Positions 36,301 through 50,775 of a stretch of DNA of 64,000 bases are shown in pieces. Numbering within the stretch: position 1 is the stretch's first letter; each line of letters begins with the position of its first letter. The notes under the pieces are model-generated. The model had not been told where the DNA came from and did not search any database. It saw only the letters and a list, made by a program, of their open reading frames with translations. The DNA comes from the human T2T-CHM13v2.0 reference genome, Homo sapiens. The position numbers and the translations under genes are program-made. The stretch is taken from the NCBI RefSeq assembly GCF_009914755.1, contig NC_060927.1. One strand, written 5' to 3'.

Positions 36301-38220
36301 GTCTGTGGGCTCAGGTGAGCTGCAGGAGCTCAGAACTCTCCAGTTAGGTGCGAGGCCGTGAGCCACAAAGGGCCATTGGTTCTACAGAGAGAGAGGCCCA
36401 AGATTTCAAAAAGGCGACACTTTGAAATTTTAGGTTAGCCTCCACTGATAAAAACAGTTCTCCTTTTATTTATCTCATGGATAAGTGCAATGTAACTACT
36501 AAAATGCACCTCCCCTGACTAGGACTCTTGCTACAGCAGGGTGATGGTGAGTGGTGGAGACCATGGGACACAGGAGTTCTTGCTTAAAACCATCAGGGCC
36601 AAGGATTATGTAAGAATAGGGATTATATTTAGAGGACCTTGAAGAAACAACCATGCCCGGGGCAGAACTGTCCCCAGTGGCTGCACCATTTCCAGAAATG
36701 TGAAGCGGGACTCCCCGCTTCAGGGTGGAGACAATTCTTTTACCTCTGTATTCCCCTCACTTCATCCAAAACCAGGATGCCCCAAAGAAGGCCAATAAAC
36801 ACAGTTCCCCAGGTGGCAATTAAAGACACCGAGTACTGGATGTCTCCCTGGCAGGACCCACATCACAGGCATAATAAATAAGATGAGTGGAACTTCCTTC
36901 CCGAAGGTCAACCCTCAGTTCCTCGACCAACCGGAAGTCTTCAGTTCTCCCACACTGACTGGAAGTATAACCACGTTTCTGGAGGGTGCGACATAGCCAT
37001 ATGAAGAGGTACAAATGACTGGGTGAGAAAAAAAAGTTATTTCTTCAGCCGAATAAACAGCTTTGAGTGGTTGAAAGTTTACATGGGGTTTGTGGACATG
37101 AGATTCTGGGTACAAAGTGCTGCAGTAGCCGGTGAGCAAACTCATGTGTGGCTCCATCTCGGCTCCCTGTTCTTCCTCAGGAATCCACACAGCTTCCCAA
37201 AGCACTGTTGATGCAGGAAATCTAACCTGCCTATTCAGCCCATCCCTCTAACCACATCCAGCTGCAGGGGCTCAACAAGCTGCTTTCCTAGAGTGGTGAA
37301 ACCTGCGTTCAGTTTGACATTTCTCCTCCATACGCAGCTGCCTCTGGCCTCCACAATGGTGATCGAGTCCCAGGCCCCAGGCTGGGCCCTCATGGATGAA
37401 AAGTGCCCCCCTGCCTGCAATCTGCCTGCTGAGCCTCCAGCTAAAACCAAATATAAGTTGTTTTGCCCTGATCCAGGCTTGTTTGAAAAAGTGAGATTTA
37501 ACTGCAAAGAGATTTAAAAAAAAAATCTTAAATACATGTGTCACCTTGACTTAAAAAACACATTGCAGTTGTGTGCGGTGCCTCACACATTTCCTCACTG
37601 TGGGGGCTGGCTTGGAAACTGTAGCATAAGACAACCTAGAAACATATGAAAACACTGTCCGTTCAATGGCGACATCTTCAGACTTCAGTGGTACGCTCAT
37701 CCTCATCTGTTGTTTAGCACGCAGGCGCTGGGCAGGAAAATAATTAACAAGCCAGTATTTTGCTGCAAATGAATCACCAAATTGCTGCCTATGGAAGTGT
37801 CTCGGGAAAGGAAGCCTTCTTTCTGGAACAGTCTCAAAACAGATCCAAAAGGAAACCTCCCACCCAATTTACTAAAGTGCAAACGAAGGGAAAACCAGGT
37901 CCCTGCACTGAAGTCTAGTGGTCTGCCCTGGCTAATAGTCGCCCTGGTGCCAGTGCCATGGTGCAGTCACTCAGAGAGACTCTCTTGATACTGGCCCACA
38001 TTCACGTTCACAGTAACAACAAAGGTGCTGAATGAGCAGCCTGTGGTTCCACATCCACCTGTCTCCTCCACTGTGGTCACGCCCCGCATGCCTGTCCCTC
38101 TTCCTGCTTGCCACTCAGCGTGGCTCCCGACAAATCCTGGGCGCAGCCTCCTGGTGCGGTCCTCTGAGCAGAGGTCCCAGGTGACTGGCTCAGAGCAATG
38201 AGTCCCTCTCTCTCCTGGAC
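33279..38220 (-). other. HEG1: HEG1 3'UTR (~4.9 kb)
   Basis: Continuous Alu-free sequence from the stop codon to an AATAAA followed by a GU-rich downstream element; AU-rich distal part. Confidence 0.85.
35190..35385. mobile_element. MIR fragment within the HEG1 3'UTR
   Basis: gggcaagctatttatcctctctgaaggtttctgtacctgagaaatggg resembles the MIR core. Confidence 0.55.
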
Positions 38221-38370
38221 TTAAAAGTAGTCTCTTCTTCTGCTTTCATCACTGATGAAAGACGGGTTATACTGTCCGGGGAAAATGCAAGAATGCCGTG
38301 ATCCTGGCAGTCCAGTGTAGGCCGGGTAGAGTCCGTTTCGTTCAAGTTCTGGATTCCTTACACTTGTAGG
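38221..38370 (-). CDS. HEG1: HEG1 last coding exon (PTSVRNPELERNGLYPAYTGLPGSRHSCIFPGQYNPSFISDESRRRDYF*)
   Basis: Pyrimidine tract then aaccag|CCT; 49 codons plus TAA (38221-38223); ends in the DYF C-terminus known to bind the KRIT1 FERM domain. Confidence 0.97.
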   Translation of the reverse strand, partial: PTSVRNPELERNGLYPAYTGLPGSRHSCIFPGQYNPSFISDESRRRDYF

Positions 38371-38952
38371 CTGGTTGCCAAAGAGAAAAGAAGAAAAGTC
38401 AATTTATCATTCTTGGGTTTAAATTGCAGTGTTAAATCCCAATGATTTTAGACCAATGTAAGAAAAGATCTGGGTTTATCCTGTATGATGTGGTTCTACC
38501 AATTATTTCTAATTTTTTTAAAGTATCTTTCTCTCTGGAGCACAACCCACTTTAATCCTTCCTGTCCCAGCAACCATGCAGAAGGCAACTGATGCAAACG
38601 GAGGAACTGACCTTTATAAGGTCCTACGACCATCTAGTTGCAGGTGGAGTTAGGACCCCAAACCAGGAGGCCAACAGCAATCCTCAAGTGACCAGTTGGA
38701 TCTCAAAAAAAGGCTCCCTGGGAATAAGAGGGGCTACTTTGAGGAGGCCTTCAAAGTAGCAACAAAGGTAAATTATTTCTTGGCAGAAATAAAATACTAG
38801 CTACTATGTATCATAAATAAGTTGCAGGAGAGCCCAATGTGGGAATCACCTGGACGACACCTGAGCCCACTGTGTGGAACAGCTTGTCTACCCAGGTGAC
38901 AGCTTCATGCCCTAAGCTTAGGCTCTGCCTCTACAGACTGCTCAGCCAGCTA

Positions 38953-39080
38953 TTTTTTTCCTTCTTTCTTTTTCTTTTCCTCCTTCCTTTCCTTTCTCCT
39001 TTCCCTTTCTTTCTTTTTCTTTTTTTACCTTTCCCTCTCTTTCTTTCTTTTCTTTTCTTTTTCTTTTTCTTTCTTTTTTT
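38953..39080 (+). repeat. Pyrimidine-rich low-complexity tract (expanded Alu tail)
   Basis: Seen directly, abutting a minus-oriented Alu. Confidence 0.9.
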
Positions 39081-39082
39081 AG

Positions 39083-39295
<213 letters not shown>

Positions 39296-40615
39296 TGATC
39301 CACCTGCCTTGGCCTCCCAAAGTGCTGGGATTATAGGCGTGAGCCACTGCGCCCGGCCTTTTTTTTTTTTTTTTTGAGACAGGGTCTTGCTCTATTGCCC
39401 AGCCTGGAGTGCAATGGCACAAACACTGTTCACTGTAACCTTGACCTCCTGGGCTTAAGTGATCCTCCTGCCTTAGCCTCCTGAGTAGCTGGATGTACAG
39501 GGGTCCACCACCATGCCTGGCTAATTAAAAAAAGAAAAAAATTTGTAGAGACAGGGTCTCACCATGTTGCCCAGGCTGGTCTTGAACTCCTAGGGTCAAG
39601 CAATCCCCCGATCTTGGCCTCCCAAAGTGATTACAGGGATTATCGGCATGAGCCACTGTGCCTGGCCAGCCTGCTATTTTTGGAATAAAAATGGGGTTCA
39701 TTTACATTCTTGACTACGTTTATTTAAGGTAACTCTTTAATACCATGGAAACATGCAGTGAAGTTGGTTCCTATGATGTCACAGGCCTGTTTGTTGCTAG
39801 TTATTGAACCGTGCTGGGGCTGAGGAGTCCCGAGTAAAGGATGAGAGTGTGGGGACACACCAGGGTAAAATACCAGCTCAGTTATAGCTTCAGTTAGTAA
39901 AGGAAAAGGACTTTCCTGATAAACAGAGAAACAAAGCCCAATGCAGAAATATCAATGGGAATATTTTTGCTAGAGCTAAGTTTGTATTTCTTTATGTTTT
40001 TTTCCTTATTTATAACTTTTTGTTCTTCCTCTAGGTTCAAATTTTTCAAAAAGAGTCCATGGAAATAAACAGCTTCTTAGCATGAACAAACTTGTCCCTC
40101 CCATCCAAAGTCTGCATCCCCATGGTCAATTGCCACAGCAACCAGAGGAATTATGGTTTCTGTCACAAGATTGTCTAACACCATTAAGTCCCCATGGGGC
40201 AAGGTTTCACATTTATTGCTATTCCTCAGACAGCTCCACATGGCACGAGAAGTCACCTGATAACTGTTTACTTTTCAGCTCAGATACGCCTGTTCGTGTT
40301 TGCTTTATGGTTGATACAGTGATATGAAATGAGCTGGGCAGTTTACAGGAATATGACACAGGTTAAATTCAATATGGGAGAAAGGCAGCAAGGGTTCAAG
40401 GTTGTCTCCTACCTTTCCAAATGATGCAGTCCAGGCTGGACATAGCAAATTATTAAAGGCCTACTGAGTATACAATATTCTAAACCTGAGAAGTGCTTGT
40501 TGAGGACGACATTGAATTGTTGTTCTCTTTATACCTTTTCCCCATCCCCTAGTTGGTTTTTTTGTTGTTGTTGTTTATTATTGCTATTATTATTATTATT
40601 ATTATTTTGAGATAG

Positions 40616-40927
<312 letters not shown>

Positions 40928-41299
40928 TAACCACACAAGGTAAGCATGGCAGACAGGAGATAAAAATGAAAGGGCCAAAGGCTAAATATCACTAAATTCT
41001 TGCTCTACCTTTCAGTTTCCATTCCTATAACTTAAAAGCCAAGTTTAGTAACAAGAGGGTTACTGCTACAACCACATAAATATAATGTGCTTTATGGAAA
41101 TATCCTTCATACCTCAATAGCAACACTGATAAGTACCATGCAAATAGACTGTAGGTAAACTGACTAGTAAATCAGAGGTTCATGCCACTACTCTTTAACC
41201 CTTAACTAACTGTAATGCTTTTACTACAACAAAACAGAATTCCTTTACTTCTCAGAGGAACCGGGGGCCCTGGGGTCATCCTGACACAGGAATACACAC

Positions 41300-41474
41300 C
41301 GAGTAGTACACATCCGTCATCTGGAGGAGGTTTTTGGTACTTCCATTCTCATGCATTTCAATAGCTTCTCGGCCCCATTCTTGTGAGCGAGGATTTTTGG
41401 GGTATTCAGCATACGGGGACATTTGGAAATCTCCACTTTTGAAGATGAGTTTGCTTATGTCATTTTTATTCTTT
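41300..41474 (-). CDS. HEG1: HEG1 penultimate exon, cytoplasmic tail (KNKNDISKLIFKSGDFQMSPYAEYPKNPRSQEWGREAIEMHENGSTKNLLQMTDVYYS)
   Basis: Embedded in ORF 41276..41539(-); cccacag|A acceptor and TCG|gtgtgt donor; 175 nt, phase 2 to 0. Confidence 0.96.
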
Positions 41475-44176
41475 CTGTGGGATACAAAAATATTTGTAAA
41501 GCTCAATTCCGTAAAGAAGTGATACTGTGAAAGCACCAACTATGATTTTATAATGTAAATTCAACTGAAAGCTACCATTATATTTATTTGTAGCTGCCCA
41601 CTGAGTAGTATTATTATTGTTGTTATTTGGTATTTGCCTACAACAAGTAAATATGCAGTTAGGTGCAAAAAAAGATACAAAAATTCTTCCAACCCAAAGG
41701 GGCCAGATTATCAGGGGGTAGGGGGACAAAAACAGCAGCAATAGGGCAGATTTAGACTCTTCTACAGGACAGAGATCACTGTGTCTTGGGGGTGGCCAGG
41801 AAAACAAGGGTCATAAATTCACAGAATGCTGGAGCCAGAGGGGCCCTTAGACTCATTCTAGTCCAGTGGATCCCAAGCTGCCCAAGCATCAGAATTTACA
41901 TGGGAAGAGTCTGGGTCTCCCCCAGATTGACTGAATCAGGAGCTCTGGGGATAGGATGGGGCAGCTCCAACTCAGTAAAGAGACCTGACTTGTCCTCTGG
42001 GTCACCTTTTGCTACTAGAAGGTGTGGAACTAGAATTCAGGCCTCCAACTCTCCGGGCAGTGCTCTTTCTACTACACGAAGCAAATATTTCACAAGTCAT
42101 AAAAACAGAATGGTTTGTTTATGAAAAAGCCCACCTATTTATACACCTGTACAAATTCTCATTTCAGCAGGTTACAGAAATGCTACTCGTGAGATCTCAC
42201 TGACTGCAAATTGTTGGAATCTGTGTTCTTCACCTATCTAACCGGTCCAGGATCAGAAATTTTAAATTATATTTGTCACAGATAGGATAATCTGAAATCT
42301 TTTTCTTTCTACCTCACTTAAAGTACAAATAAGTTTTCTAGGGAAGGCAAAAAGTGACTCAGGGTCATAAAACCAAATGTCTAGCATGTGGCTTAGGTGC
42401 TGGCTCTTTGTGGAAGTTGGGAACAGACCTGCCACTGTGTTGCTTCCTGGTGGGTGGGGTACCTGGGCTCAGACAATGACATACTCATGCACAACTACCT
42501 TCTCTTCTCAGGAGCCAGCAGGCACAGGCTCCTTCCCCAAATGGGTACACCACACAGTACAGAACACGTAGCAAATATGAGGCTTCTGTCCCTTGAGCGC
42601 TCAGGTTATGTCCCTCTAGGTAACCATTCCTAGTCTCATCCCCTGAAGTTTATTTCCACTCATATGGTTTATCTTTGATGATTTGATGGCAATTTGGAAA
42701 ATAATAGGCAAAGGCTATACCATAAGGGCTGCATTCCTAGTTGGGCAGTTAGGGCACATTGCTCTCTGCTGCCTTTTTGAAGACAGAGGATATCTTAAAA
42801 TGTCCTTTATGTCAACGGTAGAAAAGATAACTAGCTATTTTGGGAGGTTCCCCCCATCTGTTACATCTAGATAATTCCTGCCATTATTATCATCTAAGTC
42901 AGAGGTCATAATTTTCCCTTATCTGAATAGATCATCACAGAGAAGGGGAATCAATTTCCTCCTTTCTCTTCCTTTTCCAATAGAAACCCAATCTCAGTGG
43001 CTTCCAGGAAGCCCAAAGCATCCCACACTGCTGCTACAACTTCTCTACTGCAAAAATATTTCATCTTTCTTTGTCTGCTTCTCTTTCTGTACATAGCTTT
43101 ACTGAGAAACAGTTCACATATCATGCGATTCACTCATTTAATGGTTTCTGGCATATTCAGACTTGTGCAACCATCATCACAATTTTAGAACAGTTTCATC
43201 ACCCCAAGAAGAAACCCCATACCCCTTAGCCACCATCTTCCAATTCTCCCCTTTTCCCCACCATTCTGGCCCTAGACAACCATTAATCTACTTTCCAACT
43301 CTATTAGATTTGCCTATTTCAGATAAGTCATATAAATAGAATCATACAGTAGGTGGTCTTTTGGGACTGGCTTGTTTCACTTAGCGTATTTTCAGGGTTC
43401 ACCCATGTTATAGTATGTATCAGTACTTCATTCATTTTATGCCGGAATCATATTCCATTGTAGAAATATATCACATTTTGTTTATCCATTGACAAACATT
43501 GGTAGAGTTTTCACCTTTTGGCTATTGTAAATAATGTTGCTGTGAACATTGACGTGAAGTTTTTGTGTGAGTATACCTTTTCACTTCTCTTGATATACCT
43601 AAGAGTGGAAGTGCTGGGTCCAATGGTAACTCTGTCTTTAACTTTCAGACTTTTTCAAAGCGGCTGCACCATTTTACATTCCCACTAGCAGTGTATGGGG
43701 GATTCTGATTTTTCCACTTCCTCACCAATGCTTGTTATTTTCTAGGTGTTTTTTTGTTTTGTTTTGTTTTGTTTGAGACGGAGTCTGGCTCTGTCACCCA
43801 GGCTGGAGTGCAGTGGCATGATCTCAGGTCACTGCACCTCTGCCTCCCAGGTTCAAGCAATTCTCCTGCCTCAGCCTCCCGAGTAGCTGGGATTACAGGC
43901 ATGCACCACCACACCCAGCTAATTTTTTATATTTTTGGCGGAGACAGGGTTTCACCATGTTGGCCAGGCTGGTCTTGAACTCCTGATCTGAAGTGATCCA
44001 CTCGCCTCGAACTCCCAAAGTGCTGGAATTACAGGCTGAGCCACTGTGCCCAGCAGCTATTTTCTATTTTTTTTTTTTTTAATAGCCATCTTAGTGGGTG
44101 TGAAGTGGTGTCTCATGGTGGTTTCGATTTGCATTTCCTAGGTGACTAATGATGTTGACCATCTTTTCGTGTGTGC

Positions 44177-44921
44177 CACGATCGGGATATAGTTTGTCCC
44201 CACCCAGTCTCATGCTGAAATTTAATCCCCAGTGTGGAGGTGCTGGGGGATGGGGCCTACAGGGAGGTGTCTGGGCCATGAGGGCAGATCTCTCATGAAA
44301 GGACTAATACCTTTCCTGGGAAAGCTGGTTGTTCAAAAGAGCCTGATACCTCTCCCCTAGCCCCCCACCTCTTGCTTTCTTTCTCATCAGGTGGCTCCCT
44401 TCATCTTCTTCCAGGAGTGGAAGCAGCCTGAGGCCCTCACCAGATACAGACGCCCAATCTCAAAATTTGCAGCCATCAGAATTGTGAGCCAAATAAACCT
44501 TTTTCTTTAGAAACTACCCATTGATATGGTTCGGCTATGTCCCCATCCAAATCTCATCTTGAATTCCCACGTGTTGTGGGAGGGACCTGGTGGGAGATGG
44601 TTGAATCATGGGGGTGGGTCTTTCCCATGCTGTTCTCATGATAGTAAATGAGTCTCATGAGATCTGATGGTTCTATACGGGGGAGTTTCCCTGCACAAGC
44701 TCTCTCTTTGCCTGCTGCCATTCACGTAAGACATGTCTTGCTCCTCTTTGCCTTCCACCATGATTATGAGGCTTCCCCAGCCACTTGGAACTGTAAGTCC
44801 ATTAAACCTCTTTATTTTGCAGATTGCTCAGTCTTGGGCATGTCTTTATCAGCAGTATAAAAATGGACTAATATACCCAGCCTCAGGTATTCCTTTACAG
44901 CAATACAAAATGGACTAAGAC
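44177..44921 (+). mobile_element. MST-family MaLR solo LTR split by a THE1 insertion
   Basis: tctcatgctgaaatttaatccccagtg...aataaaccttttcttt, resuming as cagcctcaggtattcctttacagcaatacaaaatggactaagaca; tgtgc TSD. Confidence 0.8.
44522..44875 (+). mobile_element. THE1 (THE1B-like) solo LTR
   Basis: tgatatggttcggctatgtccccatccaaatctcatcttgaattcccacgtgttgtgggagggacc...ggactaatata; ccca TSD core. Confidence 0.9.
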
Positions 44922-45427
44922 AATGTGCTTATTGGCCATCTGTATCTCTTCTTTGAAGAAATGTCTATTCAAGTGTTTGTCCAGTTTTAAAATTAGGTTG
45001 TTGAGTTGTAAGAGTTCCTTCTATATTCTAGATACAAGTCCCTTATTAGACACATAATTTGCAAGTATTTTCTCATGCAACCCATATTTGCAAGTATGGG
45101 TTGTCTTTTCACTTTCTTGATAGTGTCCTTTGGAGTACAAAAGTTTTTAATTCTGATGAAGCCCAGTTTATTTCTTTTTTCATTTCCTGCTTGTGCTTTC
45201 AGCTATTCTTTTCTAATAAAGAAAATGAAGTTCCATTTACTCCCCTTCTTTTTCCTCACAGGCACCAACTATCGTGAATTCCCTTTCTCCTTTTTTAAAA
45301 ATGGGTTAGTCACACATTATGGTTTAATATTGTGAACCATCTCAAGTATCCTGTAAAAGAATACAAACTGACCCTTGTATAGCACAGGCAAAGGAACGGG
45401 ATTGGAACCTGAACTCTCATCACTTAC

Positions 45428-45515
45428 CTGCAACAGGTAACAATCAGTGCGATGCCTAGGATGAGCAGGAGCCCACCTCCCGCGGCTGCGATCACCACAG
45501 TGATAAGCTGATAGG
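45428..45515 (-). CDS. HEG1: HEG1 transmembrane exon ((P)YQLITVVIAAAGGGLLLILGIALIVTCC(R))
   Basis: tttag|CCTATCAG...TGTTGCAG|gtaagt; 88 nt, phase 1 to 2; encodes a hydrophobic helix. Confidence 0.96.
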
Positions 45516-45596
45516 CTAAACGTAAAACAAACAAAAAAGCATATTGGCTGGAGGTAATGAAGGAATGAGTGAGTTCTCAAGAATGGTCTCCCCTGA

Positions 45597-45921
<325 letters not shown>

Positions 45922-46374
45922 TAGCCAGGATGGTCTCAATCTCCTGACCTCTTGATCCACCTGCCTCGGCCTCCCAAAGTTCTGGGATTACAGGCGTGAG
46001 CCACCGCGCCCGGCCGAAAAGCTCCCTTTTTTAAGCCACTCCTAGGATGGTGGCTCCTAACTTTTACCTGTGCACCAGCCCCGATGAAATTTTCACCAAC
46101 CCACGGTAGAAAGAGAAAAATAAATGTGAGTTATGAGTTTTTTAAAAACTTAATTTGTTCCTCTTTGATAACTGTTCTATAATCTAAGATTTTTGTCCTT
46201 TCTACTTTTCTCTGTCACTTAAGATGGATGCCTTTTATCATGTGTAAATTATGCCTCAGTAAATCTGATTTTTATTAAAGTAATGGATGGGTCCAGGAGA
46301 CCGAGGTTGCTGTGAGCCGAGATCAAACCACTGCACTCCAGCCTGGGTGACACAGTGAGACTCTGTCTCAAAAA

Positions 46375-46417
<43 letters not shown>

Positions 46418-47244
46418 AAAAGTAATGGAGATAACGCAGAATCTTTTCTTGGTCACTTCCCACCCTTTGGTGTTGTTTAATTTTTTGAGTTAATGGTGAT
46501 AGTAGATATAAAAATTCTTTTTTTTTTTCTTTTTTTTTCCGAGACGGAGTCTTGCTCTTGTTGCCCAGTCTGGAGTGCAATGGTGCGATCCCGGCTCACT
46601 GAACCTCCACCTCCTGGGTTCAAGCGATTCTTCTGCCTCAGCCTCCTGAGTAGCTGGGATTACAGACACGTGCCACCATGCCCTGCTAATTTTTTTGTGT
46701 TTTTAGTAGAGACGAGGTTTCGCAATGTTGGCCAGACTGATCTCGAACTCCTAACCTCAGGTGGTCCACCAGCCTCGGCCTCCCAAAGTGCTGGGATTAC
46801 AGGCTTGAGCCACCATGCCTGGCCTAAAAATTCTTGATTCAGTTCTAGATTTTTACTTGATAAAATAAAAAGGAGGCAACCCTAGGTTAGACTCCGCAAT
46901 TTTATAAGGAACATTACTGATCAGTTAAGTCCAGAGTCTGGGAATCACTGCATCAACCATGCTAGGGACTGAGTAGCTCCTCAATAGATACACATCAAAT
47001 TTAATTACCAGAAATTAGCAGTGATTTAAGCAAGTACATATCATATGTAGAAAGCAATATTAAAAGCTTTAATTAATTGCTTTTATATCTATGTATTTCT
47101 GGTAAAATCATATCTTCAATAAATTTTATTAAATATTCCTATTGATTTTTTGGTTGTGGAAATACAAGAAAATTGTGTTCTCTAGTTGTAGGATCCAGGA
47201 TGAAACACCAGTAGCCGGATTCTCGATAGTAAATTAAGATTGGA

Positions 47245-47345
47245 GCCTGTAATCCCAGCACTTTGGGAGGCCGAGGCAGGCAGATCACGAGGTCAGGAGA
47301 TTGAGACCATCCTGGCTAACACGGTGAAACCCCGTTTCTACTAAA
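47245..47345 (+). mobile_element. AluY-like left-arm fragment truncated at both ends
   Basis: Diagnostic gatcacgaggtc and accatcctggctaacacggtgaaacc; no right arm and no poly(A). Confidence 0.85.
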
Positions 47346-47969
47346 CAAGGATGTAAACAAGGATGAGGTACAGGGCTGACACCTTCCTCCCCTCCTCACC
47401 AAGCTTCTAGAGCACTAGGTGCTGGTTGAGAATGAAGACAGGCAACAGGTAGACTATGAGCAAATACAAGCCATGCAACAATTTTCCTATCCTTTTATTT
47501 AAATAAATAGCACAGAAACCTGGCTATTACGTAAAACCATCAGTATTAGGATACAAAAGCCATCAGTATTAAGATACACAGGAAACAAAGCCAAGCCACA
47601 GAATAAACACATTCTCTTCCTTACCTCCCAACACATGTATTTGAAAGTTTCTTTTTTAACAAAAGTGAAGACAGAAAACAAACCTCTTGAATTTATCCAC
47701 TTTTCTTCATCTCCCCCAACATGGCTCTGAGCTACCATCATCCCTTGTCTGGACAACTGCAGCTGCTTCCCAACGCATCCACCTGTGCCCAGTCTTGTCC
47801 ACTCACTATTATAGAAAGCAAATCTGATCTTGCCATTTCCCTGCTTTAAAAAACCCTCTGTGGCTCCCTTTTTTCCTAAAGACCAGAGTCTGGCTCCTGC
47901 TTATCCTGCCACACCAAGTTAAATTTTCTCACTTCCAACAAAACAAGTAAGCATCCATTTTAGAAGTGA

Positions 47970-49033
<1,064 letters not shown>

Positions 49034-49453
49034 GCATAGACGAGGGCTTCTCAAACTCCCGTCTGCGTCTCAGTCACCCACAAGCCTTGTTAAAACCCAG
49101 ATTCCTGGTCCCTGCTCCAAGAAATTTGGTTCAGTCATACTGGGCAGGGGCTCAGAACCTCACTTCTAGAGGCTTCTACGGGATGGTGCTGCTGCCAGCC
49201 AATGGACCAGACCGTGGGTAGCACTGGTTTAGATTACACAGGAGAGGAAAGAGCACTGGGCTGAAAGCCAGGAGACCACCCAGCACTCAAGCAGAGAGAA
49301 AGAGCCTGGGAGGAACTCACCAAAATGTTTGCACAAGTTAGCACTGCCTCGGGTAATGGTGGATAATTTGCTTTCTTCTTTGTGCTTTTCTGTATTTCCC
49401 AAATTTTATTTACATATTTACATATGCACACACACACACACACCCCTCCCTGA

Positions 49454-49773
<320 letters not shown>

Positions 49774-50319
49774 ATATACATATTTTTTAAAGAGTACATT
49801 TGAAGTTCTTTGGCAGCCATGTCACTGTAACCTTGTAATATCCCCCAGAGATCTTCTTAAAATCATTCTACAACTGATCTTTTGGGGTTAAGTACTGATT
49901 TTAGATTTATGATGACGTAGAAGTGCATGGATTTGAATAAGTGCCAACTGAAGTGTTTCCTAGCTTTAGAGGTGCTCTGAATATTTAGGTGAGACAGAGG
50001 CAGTGAATGTCATCTTAGGCTTGTCCTATCCTTTTTAGTGCAAAAAGATTTCTGGAATGAAGAGCTTGGAATTCTTAGTCCTACTTTCTTCTTGGCATTT
50101 GTTGACATTTCAGTCTTTCTCAAGCAATGGCTCCATGTTTCCCTTATTCTTCACAGCTTGACATTGCTGTCATCACAGTTAGCATCTTTCATCAAACCAA
50201 CAGCACATTCTGGGCCTTAGCCTTTCCCCAGAGCCATATTTGTTTATGTTTATATGCTTATTTGGATGGGATCTACTGGACTATCTGCTTAGCCACCCCC
50301 CTTCTGAAAACTGTGCACC

Positions 50320-50775
50320 CCCTTCCATCTGCAGCCGGGGGTGGGCACACTCGGACATGTAACACCATCCCCTGGACACAGCTGGCTGGTCCTGGAACAA
50401 ACCCACCATCCAAAGTGGATCAATTAGTTACTTCCCAGGAATTTGGGAAAAGAGGGCCATCACTTTCACAATTGCTGAGCTAGAGACCTCCCCACCCCCA
50501 ACCAAGAGCTGTTTGGTGACCCTATTTCCCATCATGTTGTCTGGGAAGGAGAGCCTGCATACAGATACATGGCAAAGAGTGGAGATGAGCCATGAGGATG
50601 CAGTCATGGCAACATGTGCTCTCACAGGAAGCTCCTCGCTACCCCCAGCTGCTGAGCTTCCTTCCTCCACTTCCTTGGTTCCTTCCACTCCTGATGCCAG
50701 GATTCTTCCAATAAACTCTCTTTGTCGCTTAGGCTAGCTGGGCTCACTTACTCCAGGAGAACCTTAGCCAACCTT
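50320..50775 (+). mobile_element. Old ERVL LTR (LTR16-like)
   Basis: ccctggacacagctggctggtcc, cccaggaatttggg, ttccaataaactctctttgtcgcttaggctagc motifs. Confidence 0.5.

Larger units (their letters stand above)
43085..45200 (-). mobile_element. L1MB-type LINE fragment hosting an AluS (43750-44055) and nested MaLR LTRs
   Basis: acaattttagaacagtttcatcacccc, cattttacattcccactagcagtgtatg, ttattggccatctgtatctcttctttgaagaaatgtctattcaag. Confidence 0.85.

Noticed and set aside
34012-37988. Numerous 60-111 aa ORFs within the HEG1 3'UTR
   Set aside because: Scattered over both strands with no homology; expected in 5 kb of moderate-GC sequence.
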